A DNA stretch of 64,000 bases from Yuukianura sp. NJ FZ-2021. Its lineage: Eukaryota. How positions within the stretch are numbered: position 1 is the stretch's first letter; the number at the start of each line of letters is the position of its first letter. The notes beneath the pieces were generated by a model. It did not search any database. It worked only from the letters and a program-made list of their open reading frames with translations, and was not told the DNA's origin. The position numbers and the translations under genes were made by a program. This document shows positions 13,153 through 27,042 of this stretch, piece after piece. Location: assembly GCA_046563655.1 (NCBI GenBank), contig CM102284.1, positions 1,302,001 to 1,366,000 on the forward strand, read 5' to 3'.

Positions 13153-14408
13153 CTAGTTGAACGTAGCTAGCATAAATGCAATTCCACGTGCTATGTTGTC
13201 CAGAAACGTCAACTTGGCTTCACTCTCCATGTAATAGAATCCTCCAATTTTGGATTTGATGACAGGAATTGACCTCAGGTCAACTTCAAGTTTTTTCGAC
13301 ACAGTTACACGTCTCATGTTCGTATGAAATTGCTTTGAAATGTTGAAAACAAGTGACATGGCAAGTGGTCCAGTTACAGACAGAACTGTAAGGACAATCA
13401 AATAAACAAAAAACAACGAGAATAGAAGTGTATCCAGTTTTGCCTTGAGGCAAACTAAGGCAAATACAACAATATACAAAGACAAAATGCTTGCAAGTTT
13501 CGTCGCAGTGACAAAAATGGCGCCAAATACGGCGTTATGCATCTCATTCAGAATGGTCACTTTTCGGTACAACATAATTCGCTCCCTCTGCAATGTTGTT
13601 GTATCGTCGCTTCTATCCACAGGCCAATCTGCACTGTAAGTAATAAATGCAAAATTTGAGTAACGAATTCAATAACTTTGACAAATATAGACAAATGTGA
13701 TGAAATTTTAGAGTCAGTATATTGAATATAAAGCATTTCGGTTTAAACAAAGTATTAAGAAACGTATCGGTTAATGAAATTTTACTCACCTCGACTTTTT
13801 GAGCCAGAAAACTATAGTTGTAATCGAAGGGATGAAAATGACAAAATGAAAAGTTACATCCAATGTTGTCAATATGCAAGTCAAAAATGTTCCAACCACA
13901 AAACAATAGTTGACAACCACAGATTCAAATTCTCCAAATTTAAGCCAAATCATTTGGATACCAACGCTAGTAGTGGTAATGGGAATAAAAATCAGAATTG
14001 CAAAATATGTTATTTCACTCCAGAATTTCCTCGGGCCAAACTCTTTTTGAACAATCTGTCCCCAAATACTTTGTTGAAGAAAATCAAGCTGTTTCCAAAT
14101 TGAAGGATTTGGTCCAATTGGTATTGAATATTAAACTTAAACGCTATTTCAGTAAAGTAATACAAACCATACCAAAAATCCAATATTCCGAGTGCTGCGT
14201 TGCTAGTTTCAAATTTTTGTTTAGCTTCAACCAAATAGAAAATGAAAAACAAAATGTTCAGAAATTGTGTACTTTCTGAAAAGAACTTTCTCCAAACGGA
14301 TTTCCGTTGTAACAGGATTCCATTTTGAAATTGAAATTGAACAAAGTTTGGTTTTGATAAAATTGCAACCGTGGTTGAGTAAATTTTGAATTCAGTCAAC
14401 GAAATCAT
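13153..14408 (-). pseudogene. GR-like copy 5 with single -1 frameshift (pseudogene or sequencing error)
   Basis: Exon1 14408-13790 lacks one base in the T-run 14044-14048. Adding one base restores FKKEFGPRKFWSE... through WLKKS with no stops. Exon2 13633-13153 is intact. Confidence 0.7.
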
Positions 14409-15388
14409 TGCTAAGCTTTTTTTTTATATTAAATTTTGGATATTTAAGGTACTTAAAAATATTAGATTAAAATTCAAAAAACGACAACTATTGTGCACTG
14501 GGTACTAGAAATTTATAGGAAAGCGTGAGCATAATTGCCTAACCAATAAACTTTTCAAAAAATTTTACCCTCAACACTTAATGCATGGTTTGTATTAACA
14601 TGAAACTCATCACTTACAAAGTAAACCGGAAAAAGGCGTGCCAAATGCAATGAAGTTTGAAGTCTAACACTTCGGGAACATTAACAAAGTAGACAAGTGA
14701 CGTTTTGAAACGATGCCATAATTCGCGAAACCGGTAATTTTAAATGATTTCTGTTTTTAAGTGAGACGAATTCTAACTTACTACTGTGATAAAAATTATT
14801 GACTTGTACTTAAAAACTCCTTAAGAAAAATAGGCAATTGATCAATCAAGAAATCTCAAAAGAAAACAAACTTGAGAAACACAATTTCCAAGCCACACTA
14901 CATTTTTAAAAACCGATTTGATTTGACTATGCACGAATAAAATTATTTAATGTACAGCGACTTATTAGGTAAATTTCATCCTAAGACAATCCTGTTTTTT
15001 TTTTTGTTTCATTGGAAATTTTATGTAAAATAATCTTTAATTTGCAAACTTATTTGAGTGTTGTAAGGAGTCCGCTACTTAAAAAATAGGTTCAATAAAC
15101 TATTAAACAAAATGTTACTCTTACAAGAAAAGCGTAGGTTATTTCTCCAAAATCGCGACCAGATCGCACGTTATTCACTTAAAAACTAATATAAATAGAA
15201 TGCTTCGTGTGCAATGTCATCTAGCAATTAAGTAAATTATTCAACTAAATTCTGACCAAATTGTTTTGTATTAGTAAATATGTTACGAGAACTACTTTTT
15301 ACATTGACCATGTCTGTCCATCTTTTTAGTCAGCAGTCATCTTGGAAATAGCTCAACATTTGCTATAACTCTGAATTAGCAAGAAAAT

Positions 15389-16578
15389 CTAGTTGAACGT
15401 AACTAGCATAAATACGATTCCATGCGCTATGTTGTCCAGAAGCGTCAATTTGGCTTCACCCTCCATATGGTAGAACCCTCCAATTTTGGATTTGATGACA
15501 AAAACTGACCTCAGTTCTACTTCTAGTTGTTTCGTCAAAGTTCTTCGCCTCATATTCTGGTGAAATTGTTCCGAAATGTTGAAAACAAGTGACATAGCTA
15601 ATGCTCCAAATGCAAAAAACAGAGCCAAGACAATCAAGTAAACAAAAAACAATGAAAATAGAAATGGATCTAGCATGGCCCTGAGGCGAGCCACGGCAAA
15701 TACGACAATGTACAAAGCCAAAATTGCAGCAAGTTTAGTCACAGGAACAAAAACGGGTCCAAATACGGCGTTATGCATTTCATTTAAAATTGACACTTCT
15801 CGGTACAACTTGATATTGGTTTCGACGCTACTCAGCATAGTCCCCTCCTCACTGAAGAAGAAAATTTAAAACAAATTTCTTAGAAATCCGGAATTTTGAT
15901 TTACGGAAAAGCTGAGCACCTACTTTTTAGAAATAAGTGAATGAAATTTTTTACTTACCACGATTTTTTGAGCCAAAACACAATGGCTGTAATGGAAGGA
16001 GTGAAAATAGCCACATAAAAATGTACATCCAGTATCGTCGAAACACAAGTCAAAATTGTGTAAATAAAAAAGCAAAAATCGTAACTAACAGACCCAAATC
16101 CTCCACATTTAAACCAAATCATTTGAAAAGCGGCACTGCTAAATGCACCGGCCATAAAAAATAAAAGTGAAAAATATATTACTTCAGTCCAAAATTTTTT
16201 CGGGCCAAATTCTTGTTTGAACAATTTTTTTCCAAGAATTTTGTTAAAGAGGATTAAACTGTTTCCGTATTGAAGCAGTTGATCCAATCCGTGTAGAACA
16301 TTCAACTTCAACACGGTTGCATAAAAGTAAATTAGGCAGTACAAAGAATCTAAAATTCCAAGTGCTGCGTTTTCTTTGTCGAAATTATTTTTAGCTTCAA
16401 CCAAGTAAAAAATACAAAACAAAATGTTTACAAATTGCAACTTTACAGAAAAAAGCTTTTTCCAAATAGATTTGCGTTGTAGCAAAACTCCATTTTTAAA
16501 TTCAAATTGAACAAATTTTGGTTTTGAAATAATTGCAAGCGTGGTAGAGTAAATTTTGAATTCAGTCAACGAAATCAT
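15389..16578 (-). CDS. GR-like copy 6
   Basis: Exon1 16578-15959, exon2 15851-15389; exon 2 and intron nearly identical to copy 4. Confidence 0.8.
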
Positions 16579-17537
16579 TTTTCAGACTTTTTTTGGATAT
16601 TAAATTTGGAAGAATAAATTTTAAAAAATGAACACTAGTGTACACTGGGGACAAGAAATTTATAGGAAAGCGTGAACATACCTAGTAGCCTAGCCTTGAA
16701 ACGACAAATCACTATTTCAAAAAATTTTACCGTCAAAGCATAATGTATGGTTTGTAGTATTTACCATGAAACTCATTACTAGAATGTAAACCAAAAAAAG
16801 GCGTGCCACAAGCAATGAACTTTGAAGTCTAACTATTTGAAAAAAAATTAACAGAGTAAAGAAGTGACATCTTAAACATGTGTTCGAAACTATGACATAT
16901 AATTTGCTGAAACGTTAATATGGAAAGAGGATTTCTGTTTTTAAGTGAGACGTAATTCTAGTTTACTACTTGGTATAATATTTAATGATTTGTACTTATG
17001 ATGTCAACTGACTTGTAATAACAGTCGTCATTTCAAGTCATGAAAAACTTATTAAGAAATGATAAGGAATGGATCAATCACGAAACCTCAAAAGAAAACA
17101 CTTTTGAGGAATATATTTGCAAAGCCACGCTACATTTTTTTAAAATCAATATGATCATACTTTGCATTATGAGTAGAATAATTTAGTGTATACCACGACT
17201 TATTAAGAAAATTTCATCCTAGGCCACTCTTCTTTTTTTTGTTTCATTGCAAATTTTATGTAAATTTAGAATTTTATGTTGCAAACTTTGGTTATGTGAG
17301 TCTTGTTGTAGCGAGTCCGTTGCTTACAAAATAGATTTAATTAAAGCTATTAGAATTTATTAACAAATTTTTCAACAAAAATAGTCTGAATAAGTATTTA
17401 AATTGCCATCAAAAAAATCTAATTCAACGTGAGTTGCATAAATGCGATTCCACGCGCTACGTTGCTAAATTATCCAGAAAATTGCTAAACATTTCCCATA
17501 ACTTTGAATTAGTAATTAGTTCATTACCAACATAAAA

Positions 17538-18779
17538 CTATTTAAAAGTAACTAGCATAAATGCGACTCCCTGCGTTATGTTGTCCAGGAGTGTCAACTT
17601 GGCTTCACTCTCCATGCAGTAGAATCCCCCAATTTTGGATTTGATCACAGGAATTGATTTTAACTCAGCTTGAAGTTCCACGTGACCTTTACGTTTCATG
17701 CTCCGATGAAACTGTTTTGAAATGTTGAAAACGAGTGACATGGCAAGCGCCCCAGATACAAAGAGAAGTACAAGGAAGATCAAATAAACAAAAAACAATG
17801 AAAATAGAAGTGGATCTAGTTTAGCCCTGAGGCGAACGACTGCAAATACGACAATGTACAAAGCCAAAATCGATGCAAGTTTCAATAATGGAACAAAAAC
17901 CGGCCCATATAAACTGTTGTGCATTTCGTTTAAAATGGTCACCTTTCGGTACAACTTGATACGCTCCTTCTGCAATTCTGTGGTTTCGTCGTTATCTAGT
18001 AAAGGCTGTTCCGCACTGCAGAATAAAAAATAAAATTCTCCGTTAGAAGGGAGTAATTTTGATTTATGGAAACGCTGAGTTACGTACTTTTAAAAAATCA
18101 AAATTAAATGTAATTAGTAATTAGTAAATTGTAATATGTAAATGAAATTCTTTAATTACCATGACTTTTTGAGCCAGAACACAATAGTTATGATGGAAGG
18201 AGTGAACATAACCAAACAAAAATTTAAATCCAACATAAATGATAAACAGGTCACAACAGTGCAAACCACAAAGAAAAAATTGCAAATAGCAGATACAAAT
18301 TTTCCGGATTTGAACCAAATCATTTGAATACCGGCACAGGCACCTGAAACCGCAATAAGAAATAATAGAGTAAAATATATTATTTCAGTCCAAAATTTTC
18401 TGGGGCCAAATTTTTGTTTGAAAATTTTTTCTCCCAGAACTTTGTTGAAGAGAATCAAACTGTTTCCAAATTGAAGCAATTGATTCAATTCGTATTGGAT
18501 ATTGAACTTAAACGTCATTGCACTAAAGTACATTATACTAAACATAGAATCCAAAATTCCAAGGGCTGCATTTCTGTTTTCAAAGTTATTTTTAGCTTCA
18601 ATTAAGTAGAAAACGCAAAACAACATGTTCAGAAGTTGTAACTTTGCAGAAAAAAACTTTTTCCAAATAGATTTGCTTTGTAGCAGAATTCCATTTTTAA
18701 ATTCAAACTGAACAAATTTTGTTTTTGAAATAAGTTCAAGTGTGATGGAGTAAATTTTGAATTCAGTCAACGAAATCAT
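17538..18779 (-). CDS. GR-like copy 7
   Basis: Exon1 18779-18160, exon2 18015-17538; in frame. Confidence 0.8.
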
Positions 18780-19219
18780 TGCTCAGATTTTTTTGGATAT
18801 AAAATTTGGAGGAATAAATTTTAAAAAATGAACACTATTGAGCACTGGGAACAAGAAATTTATAGGAAAGCGTGAGCATGATAGCGTAACCTTGAAACGT
18901 CAATTCACTACTTTCAAAAAATTTTACCGTCAAAACTGAATGTGTGGTTTGTACTTAAGATGAACCTCACTACTACAAAGTAAACCGAAAAAAGGCGTGC
19001 CAAATGCAATGAACTTTGAAGTCTAACCATTTTAAAAAAAATGAAAAGAGTAGAGAAGTGACATTTCAACATTTCTCCAAAACGATGCTTTAATGATATA
19101 ATGATATAATTTGCGGAAAAGTTAATATGGAAAGAGGATTTCTGTTTTTAAGTGAGACGTAATTCTAGCTAACTACTTGGAATAAGTTTTATTGATTTGT
19201 ACTGATGATGTCAACTCAC

Positions 19220-19748
19220 TAGGGCTCGCCGTTTCCGTTTAAAACGGGAAACGAAACGGAAAATCCGTTTTTTCCGATTTCGTTTTTCAAAATTTTGAGA
19301 ACGGTTGTACCGTGTTCGTTTTCTCCGAAACACGAATCGAAATTGGAATTTTTTAATAACAGAAATAAAGTTAAAAATCGACTCTTTCAAAATAAAGTAC
19401 CCAAACTCCAGCCTTTTCTTGAAATCTAAAATCCTAAATACTTTTATCCTTCCACTCTCCTGCTTCCTTTTAAAAGTTTCGACAGCGGGTCTTTTGAAAG
19501 TCATTGTCAGAGGGTTTCAATGATTGCGAGGCTTATGTTATTGGTACCGCAGTAAGTTAGTCATGGTAATAAATGATTGACTCCACAGCTCTATACCGTC
19601 AACCGTTTTCCCGTTTCTTAACCGTTTTTCTTGGACCGCTTCTGTTTCGTTTTTCCTGATTTCGACCGTTTCCGTCTTGTGAAATACCGTTCCGTTTCGT
19701 TTCCGTTTTTTGCTAAAAACAGAAACGAAACGCACGGCGGCAGCCCTA
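19220..19748. mobile_element. Non-autonomous hAT-like element (~529 bp)
   Basis: Ends TAGGGCT...AGCCCTA. Many subterminal AAACGG/CCGTTT motifs. Flanks CAACTCAC/CAACTGAA are a degenerate 8-bp TSD of CAACTGAC, which is present once in the paralogous spacer at ~17005. Confidence 0.8.
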
Positions 19749-20269
19749 CAACTGAAAGTCGTCATTTCGTCATTAAAAACTCATTAAGAAAAGATAGGCT
19801 ATGGATCAATCACAAAACCTCAAAAGAAAACACATTTGAGGAATCCATTTGGAAAGCCACGCTACATTTTTTTTAAATCAATATGATCATACTTTGCATA
19901 TGAGTAGAATAATTTAATGTATACCACGACTTATTAAGAAAATTTCATCCTAGGCCACTCTTCTTTTTTTTTGCTTCATTGCAAATTTTATGTAAATTTA
20001 GAACTTTATGTTGCAAACTTTGGTTATGTGAGTCTTGTTGTAGCGAGTCCGTTGCTTACAAAATAGGTTTAATTAAAGTTATTAGAATTTACTAAAAAAA
20101 TTTTCAACACAAATAGTCTGAATAAGTATTTAAATTGCCGTCAAGAAAATCTAATTCAACGTGAGTTGCATAAATGCGATTCCAGGCGCTACGTTGCTAA
20201 ATTATCCAGAAAATTGCTAAACATTTCCCATAACTTTGAATTAGTAATTAATTCATTACCAACTTAAAG

Positions 20270-21517
20270 CTATTTAAAAGTAATTAGCATAAATGCGACT
20301 CCATGCGTTATGTTGTCCAGGAGCGTCAACTTGGCTTCACTCTCCATGTAATAGAATCCTCCAATTTTGGATTTGATGACCGGAATTGACCTCAGGTCAA
20401 CTTCAAGCCTTTCCGACAAATTTCTGCATCTCATATTCTGGTGAAACTGTTTCGAAATGTTGAAAACAAGTGACATGGCAAGTGCTCCAGGGACAAAGAG
20501 CAATGCCAAGACAATCAAGTAAACAAAAAACAATGAGAACAGAAATGGATCTAGTTTAGCCCTGAGGCAAACGACGGCAAATACGACAATGTACAAGGTC
20601 AAAATTGATGAGAGTTTCATTAATGGAACAAAAACTGGCCCAAATAAACAGTTATGCAATTCGTTTAAAATGATCACTTTTCGGTACAACTTAATACGCT
20701 CGTCTGTTAATTCGGTGATGTCGAAGGTTTTAACTGTTGGCCAATCTTCACTGTAAATAGAAAAATTTAGTAGAAAATACAATAATTTAATAAGTTTGAT
20801 TAGACAATGGTAATTAGACAAAATTTAAAATCTTGATGTGAAAAAAAGTTTTTGTTAGAACAAAATTTTTAAAACTTGTTAAAAAATTTTTACTCACCAT
20901 GACTTTTTGAGCCAGAAAACAATAGTTGTAATTGATGGAATGAAAAAAACTAAATGAAAATTGAGATCACATATTTCCGATACGCCGGTCAAAACTGTCC
21001 CAACCAAAAAACAACACTTGAAAACCATGGATTCATATTCTCCAAATTTAATCCAAATTATTTGGATCATGCCACTGGTAGCAGCAGTGGCAACAAAAAA
21101 CAAAATTGCAAAATATAATACTGCATTCCACAATTTTTTTGGACCGAAATCTAGTTGGAAAAATTTGTTTCCAAGAATATTGTTGAAGAGAATCAAACTG
21201 TTTCCAAATTGAAGTAATTCATCCAATTTGTGTTGAATATTGAACTTAAGTCCTATTCCAGCAAAGTAAAGCAAACTATACATAGAATCCAAAATTCCGA
21301 GTCCTGCATTTCCACTTTCAAGTTTTTTCTTAGCCTCAGCCAAATAAAAAATGCAAATCACAATGTTCAAAACTTGCAAAATTGCTGAAAAGCACTTGTT
21401 CCAAATAGATTTCCGTTGTAGCAGAATTCCATTTTGGTATTCAAATTGAATAAATTTTGATTTTGATAAAATTTTAAGTGTAGCTGAGTAAATTTTGAAT
21501 TGAGCAAAGGAAAGCAT
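20270..21517 (-). CDS. GR-like copy 8
   Basis: Exon1 21517-20898 (ATG of MLSFAQF), exon2 20750-20270; in frame. Confidence 0.8.
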
Positions 21518-22099
21518 TGCTCGTTTTTTGTTAAAAATGGATTTCGAAAAATGAACACCCCTGTGAGTCCGAGTCCACAAATTTATAGGAGGAAGGGAAG
21601 AAATTATTCAAATTAGAACTATGTTAGACAATTGGAACGGCAAGTACTATTCGTCAAAAGAATTAGCGCCAAATCGTGTGTACGGTTTCGTCTAACACAT
21701 AAAACCCATTACAACAATTAAAGTAAACCGAAAAAAGGCGTAGCACGTGAAATGAACATGAGGTGTATCGAGAAAAATTTCACCAGAGTAGCAAATTACA
21801 GCCTGAAATTGCACACTGAAGTTTACTAATTATTCGGAAAAATTAGCAGCAAAGTAAAGTAACGTCTGCGATTCAACAATTGTTCGAAATAATTCTATAT
21901 AATTTGCGCAAAACTTAATTTTTAACGGATTTTTGTTTTTAAGTGAGGAGTAATTTTAGCTTACTACTTTAAATAAGTAACAAGGATAATTCATGTGTAG
22001 GTACAATATCAATAAATCGAATTTAAAAAAAATACAATTCTATCACTCCTGCAGACTTTAACGATCAGATATAACAATTAGTTAACTAACAAAGAAAAC

Positions 22100-23346
22100 C
22101 TAATTGAACGTAACTAGCATAAATGCGATTCCTTGCGTTATGTTGTCCAGAAGCGTCAACTTGGCTTCACTCTCCATGTAATAGAACCGTCCAATCTTGG
22201 ATTTGATGACAGGAATTGACCTCAGGTCAGCTTCAAATTTTTTTGACAAACTTCGGCGTCTCATATTTGGAACAAATTGTTTTGAAATGTTGAAAACCAG
22301 TGACATGGCATGTGATCCAGGTACAAAGAGAAGTAGAAAGAAAATCACATAAATAAAAAACATTGAGAACAGGAATGGATCTAGTTTTGTCCTGAGACAA
22401 ACGACGGCAAATACGGAAATGTACAGGCACAATATGGCTGAAAGTTTTGTCGCAGGAACAAAAGTGGTGCCAAATACGGCGTTATGCATTTCATTCAAAA
22501 TGGTCACTTTTCTATACAACTTGATACGTTCTTTATCCACTACTGTGGCGTCGTCGGTTAAAAATGCTGGCCAATCCACACTGCATGTTGGAAAAAAACA
22601 AATTTCAGTACTTTGGTAAAAAAAAATTTAGAAGCAAAAATTGTAGAGGTGAAATATTGACTTTAAAAAAAATTTGTGCATTATCGAAGGCTTAAAAAAC
22701 CTGTCGGTTAATGAAATTTTACTCACCATGACTTTCTGAGCCAGAATACAATAGTTGTCATCGCAGGTATGAAAATGACTAAATGAAAAGTGAAATTCCA
22801 CGCCGTCAATAAGCTACTCAGAACTATTCCAAGCAGAAAACAAAAGTTTAAAACTACAGATTCAAATTGTCCAAATTTAAACCAAATCATTTGGAAACAA
22901 CCAGTGGCACCAGCAGTAGCAATAGAAAATAAAATTGCAAAATATAATACTGCATTCCACAATTTTCTGGGACCAACACTATTTTTGAAAAATTTGTTTC
23001 TAAGAACTCTGTTGAAAAGGATCAGGCTGTTCCCAAATTGAAGCAGTTGATCCAGTTGTTGTTGAGTGTTGAACTGAACCGCAATTGCCAAAAAGTAAAA
23101 CAAGCCAAACATAGAATCCAAAATTCCAAGCCCTTCGTTTCTATTTTCAAATTTTTTGTGTGCTTCAACAAAATAGAAAATGCAAAGCAAAATGTTCAGA
23201 AGTTGCAAACATGCTGAACATAACTTTTTCCAAGTGGATTTCCGTTGTAGTAGAATTCCATTTTTAAATTCAAATTGAACCAATTTTAGTTTTGACAAAA
23301 TGGTAAGCGTGGTTGAGTAAATTTTGAATTCAGCAAAGGAAATCAT
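22100..23346 (-). CDS. GR-like copy 9
   Basis: Exon1 23346-22727, exon2 22580-22100; in frame. Confidence 0.8.
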
Positions 23347-23458
23347 TGCTCAGAAGTTTTTGTTTCTAGTAAAACGGGTCTTTCAAAATGAATACCACTG
23401 TGCCTTGGAGACAACAAATTTATAAGAAGTCGTTGGTAAGTTAGCCAAACTTGAACTA

Positions 23459-23672
23459 CAGTGAGTGCCACGAAAACCTGCACACCTCAAAAGCAGCTTT
23501 TTGTTTATTTTGCTAAATTGTGGGGGGAAAATGGTTTCATGAAAACAGCCGAAATGATAATTTTCCAACAGATTCAAGGTTTTCAGCGCAAAAGTTACGT
23601 TTCCGCCTCCATAATTTTAGTTGTTGCCAGGGAAACAGATTTCTGGTGTGCAGGTTTTCGTGGCACTCACTG
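23459..23672. mobile_element. Tc1/mariner-type MITE (214 bp)
   Basis: Perfect 28-bp TIR CAGTGAGTGCCACGAAAACCTGCACACC with TA on both sides. Empty site GAACTATATTTGCACAC at ~26542 in the duplicated segment. Confidence 0.9.
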
Positions 23673-23764
23673 TATATTTGCACACAAATAAAATAGGAAA
23701 ATCATCAGTTCCAAATAATTTTACTGTCAAACGGTAATGTAGGGTTAGTGTTAATACATGACAC

Positions 23765-24177
23765 TAGTGCTTCAAGTTGGAAAGTTCGAACTTTAGAGTT
23801 CGAATGCATCAACTCAAACCTAACCATTTTCCTCGATTCGAAGTACGAACTTGAGTCAAATAAGTTCGAAATTATATACCAACATTGGCGAAATATCCAA
23901 CAAATGTACGAATTTCAACCAAACTCAAGAATATTGCTACAGAAAGTAGTTTCAGTTAACTCTAAGTCCATTGTTTTAAGTTAACTTTGAAATCAATTCA
24001 AATACAAAGGAAACTATCTATTTCAGATGTGAATCGCTAAATTTATCGCCTTAATATTTTTTCAGTGCCCAATCCTTTTTCAATGTCAAGAAAAGTTCGA
24101 AAGTTCGAACTTGCTCTTCAGACGTTGGGACCGTTCGAAGTTCGAACTTTTCATTTCGATTCGAACCAGAGGCACTT
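23765..24177. mobile_element. hAT-like MITE, copy A (GTTCGAA-rich)
   Basis: Homologous to 26639-27042; degenerate TIRs and TSD (CATGACAC/CATGAAAG). Confidence 0.75.
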
Positions 24178-24919
24178 CATGAAAGCCATAACTGTAATTA
24201 AAGTAAACCAGAAAAAAGGGCGTGACAAAGAAAGTGAACAATGACGTCTATGTCAGAAACATTGACGAAAAAGTCAACTAAAGACTGAATTTAAGCATTC
24301 CAAATCCGACGCATTATAATTTGCGGAAAAGTTAATTTTTCTTCTATTTTTGTATTAATGTGAGGAGAATAATTAATTGTAATGTACATCCTTGATTAAG
24401 TATAGGTTAACATGACTGACTTGTGCTTATACCAATGAATCGAATTCAGAAGCTCGTGTTTAGCTTTTTTGTTGAAGGCATTTGAGTTTCCTTTAAGAGA
24501 AAAATCGACTCAATTTTCAAAAACATGGGCACATTATTCTTCACACAACTGCGACATTATCTACGAACTACTACTTTATTACAGTGCGCCCAACGTCACT
24601 GATCCACCTTCTTTTTAGCATACGCTTACGCATACGCTTTTTAGCTTTTAAGTGCTTAAGATCACAACAAACATCAAAAATGGTCCAAGAACTATGTTAA
24701 GTTATGTTAGTTAAGTTTACTTTAGTTTATTCTAAAATGTAAACATAATTCTAAAATTTAAACAATTTGGTTACCATCTAATTTAGTGTAGTATAATGCC
24801 TCACGAGGAAGTGATTAAACAACAAAAACGGGTCAAAGAAATATTCAAAAGTTAGATCAATACATCTAAATATTTTTGTCGCTTCTGTTAATTGATAAAT
24901 TAGTAAATTAGAAATTAAG

Positions 24920-26150
24920 CTAATTAAATGAAAGTAGCATAAATGCGATTCCATTCGCCACGTTGTCCAAAAGCGTCAACTTGGCTTCACTTTCCATATG
25001 GTAGAACCCTCCAATTTTGGATTTGATGATTGGAATTGACTTCAGCTCAGCTTCAAATATTTTTGACAAATTTCTGCTTTTCATATTTTGACGAAACTGA
25101 GCTGAAATGTTGAAAACGAGTGACATGGCAAGTGCGCCAGGTATAAAGAGAAGTGCAAGGAGAATCAAATAAACAAAAAACAATGAGAACAGAAATGGAT
25201 CTAGTTTAGCCCTGAGGCAAACGACGGCAAATACGACAATGTACAAGGTCAAAATTGATGCAAGTTTCATTAATGGAACAAAAACCGTCCCAAATACGGC
25301 ATTATGCATTTCATTCAAAATGGTCACTTTTCGGTACAACTTGATTCGCTCGTTATACAGTTCTGTGGTGTTGTCGGTCTCACTTGCAGGCCAGTCTTCA
25401 CTGTAGATTGAAAATACAAGATTATAGTTGGAAATGCAATAGGTAGATAAAAATTTAAATCTTGGCATGAAAGAAATTTTATTTTGATTGAAAATTTAAA
25501 AAACTTATCGTTTAATGGAATTTTTCTCACCATGACTTTTTGAGCCAGAAAACAATTGTCATAATTGAAGGAACGAAAATAACAAAATGAAAACCGAAAT
25601 CCAGTATTGCCGATACGATTGACAAAACTGTTGCAACCAAAAAGCAAAAATTGAGAATCACATATTCAAATTCTCCAAATTTAAGCCAAATCATTTGGAA
25701 GCCGGAAGTGATAGCACCAGCGAAAGAAAAAAACATAATTGCGAAATAGAATGCTTCGTTCCAAAATCTTCTCGGACGAACACCACTTTTGAAGAATTTG
25801 TCTCCAAGAACTTTGTCGAGAAAAATCAAACTGTTTCCAAGTTGAACCAATTGATCTAATTTGTTATGAATATTAAACCTCATTCCTATTCCAGCAAAGT
25901 ATAACACAGCATAGAGGGAATCCAAAACTGCAAGTCCTATGTTTCCATTTTCAAATTTCTTCTTAGCTTCAACCAAATAGAAAATCCAAAACAAAATGCG
26001 CAGAAGCCCCAAAAATACTGAAAAGAACTTTTTCCAAATGGATTTCCGTTGTAGCAGGCTTCCATTTTCAAATTGAAACTCAGCAAATTTTAGTTTTGAG
26101 AAAAATGAAAGTTGAGTTGAGTAAATCTTGAATTCAGTGAAAGATACCAT
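24920..26150 (-). CDS. GR-like copy 10
   Basis: Exon1 26150-25531, exon2 25400-24920; in frame. Confidence 0.8.
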
Positions 26151-26638
26151 AGTTTAGTTATTTTTCTTTCTGCCAAATTGAATTCTGCGAAATGAACAGC
26201 AGTTAGGATCAGATTTATAGCAAAACCTTGAGTACGTGGACTTGCGATTAGATCACTTCAAACAAAAATTTCAATTTTCTACTTGAGTCAACAAAATTGC
26301 ACAATTGAGATTTCGCAAAGGTGACCTTCAGGCATAGTGTTTTTGAGCATCAATCTACCCATCTCGCCAACCGGTTATGGATTTCTGATATTTGTTTTGC
26401 CGACATATTTGTTTTGTATCTTGGCGAACGATAGATCTACAGCTCACTCTAGCCTCACTCAGCTCACTCAGCTAAAATAAATACCACTGTGCATTGGAGA
26501 CAACTAATTTATTAGAAGTCGTTGGAAAGTTAGCCAAACTTGAACTATATTTGCACACAAATTAAATAGCAAAATCATCAGTTTACAAATAATTTTACTG
26601 CCAAACGGTAATGTAGGGTTAGTGGTAATACATGAAAC

Positions 26639-27042
26639 TAGTGCTTCAAGTTCGAACTTTAGAGTTCGACCGCATGAACTCAAACCTAACCATTTTCCTC
26701 GATTCAAAGTTCGAACTTGAGTCAAATGAGTTCGAAATTATATACCAATATTGGCGAAATATCCAACAATGTACGAATTTCAACCAAACCCAAGAATATT
26801 GCCACAGAAAGTAGTTTCAGTTAACTCTAAGTCCATTGTTTTAAGTTAACTTTGAAATCAATTCAAATACAAAGGAAACTATCTATTTCAGATGTGAATC
26901 GCTAAATTGATCGCCTCAATATTTTTTCAGTGCCCAATCCTTTTTCAATGTCAAGAAAAGTTCGAAAGTTCAAACATGCTCTTCAGACGTTTGAACCGTT
27001 CGAAGTTCGAACTTTTCATTTCCATTCGAACTTGAAGCACAA
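26639..27042. mobile_element. hAT-like MITE, copy B (404 bp)
   Basis: TIR TAGTGCTTCAAGTTCGAA / TTCGAACTTGAAGCACAA. Perfect 8-bp TSD CATGAAAC (26631-26638, 27043-27050). A single CATGAAAC occurs at the same position in other GR upstream regions (e.g. ~9167). Confidence 0.85.

Noticed and set aside
19211-19876. Arg/Lys/Phe-rich ORFs as a possible transposase or basic protein
   Set aside because: They are translations of AAACGG-type subterminal repeats; no DDE or BED motifs.
1307-23041. Recurrent short plus-strand ORFs (…GPNTALCISFK…) in each array unit
   Set aside because: Antisense frames of GR exon 2; their recurrence follows from the sense-strand paralogy.
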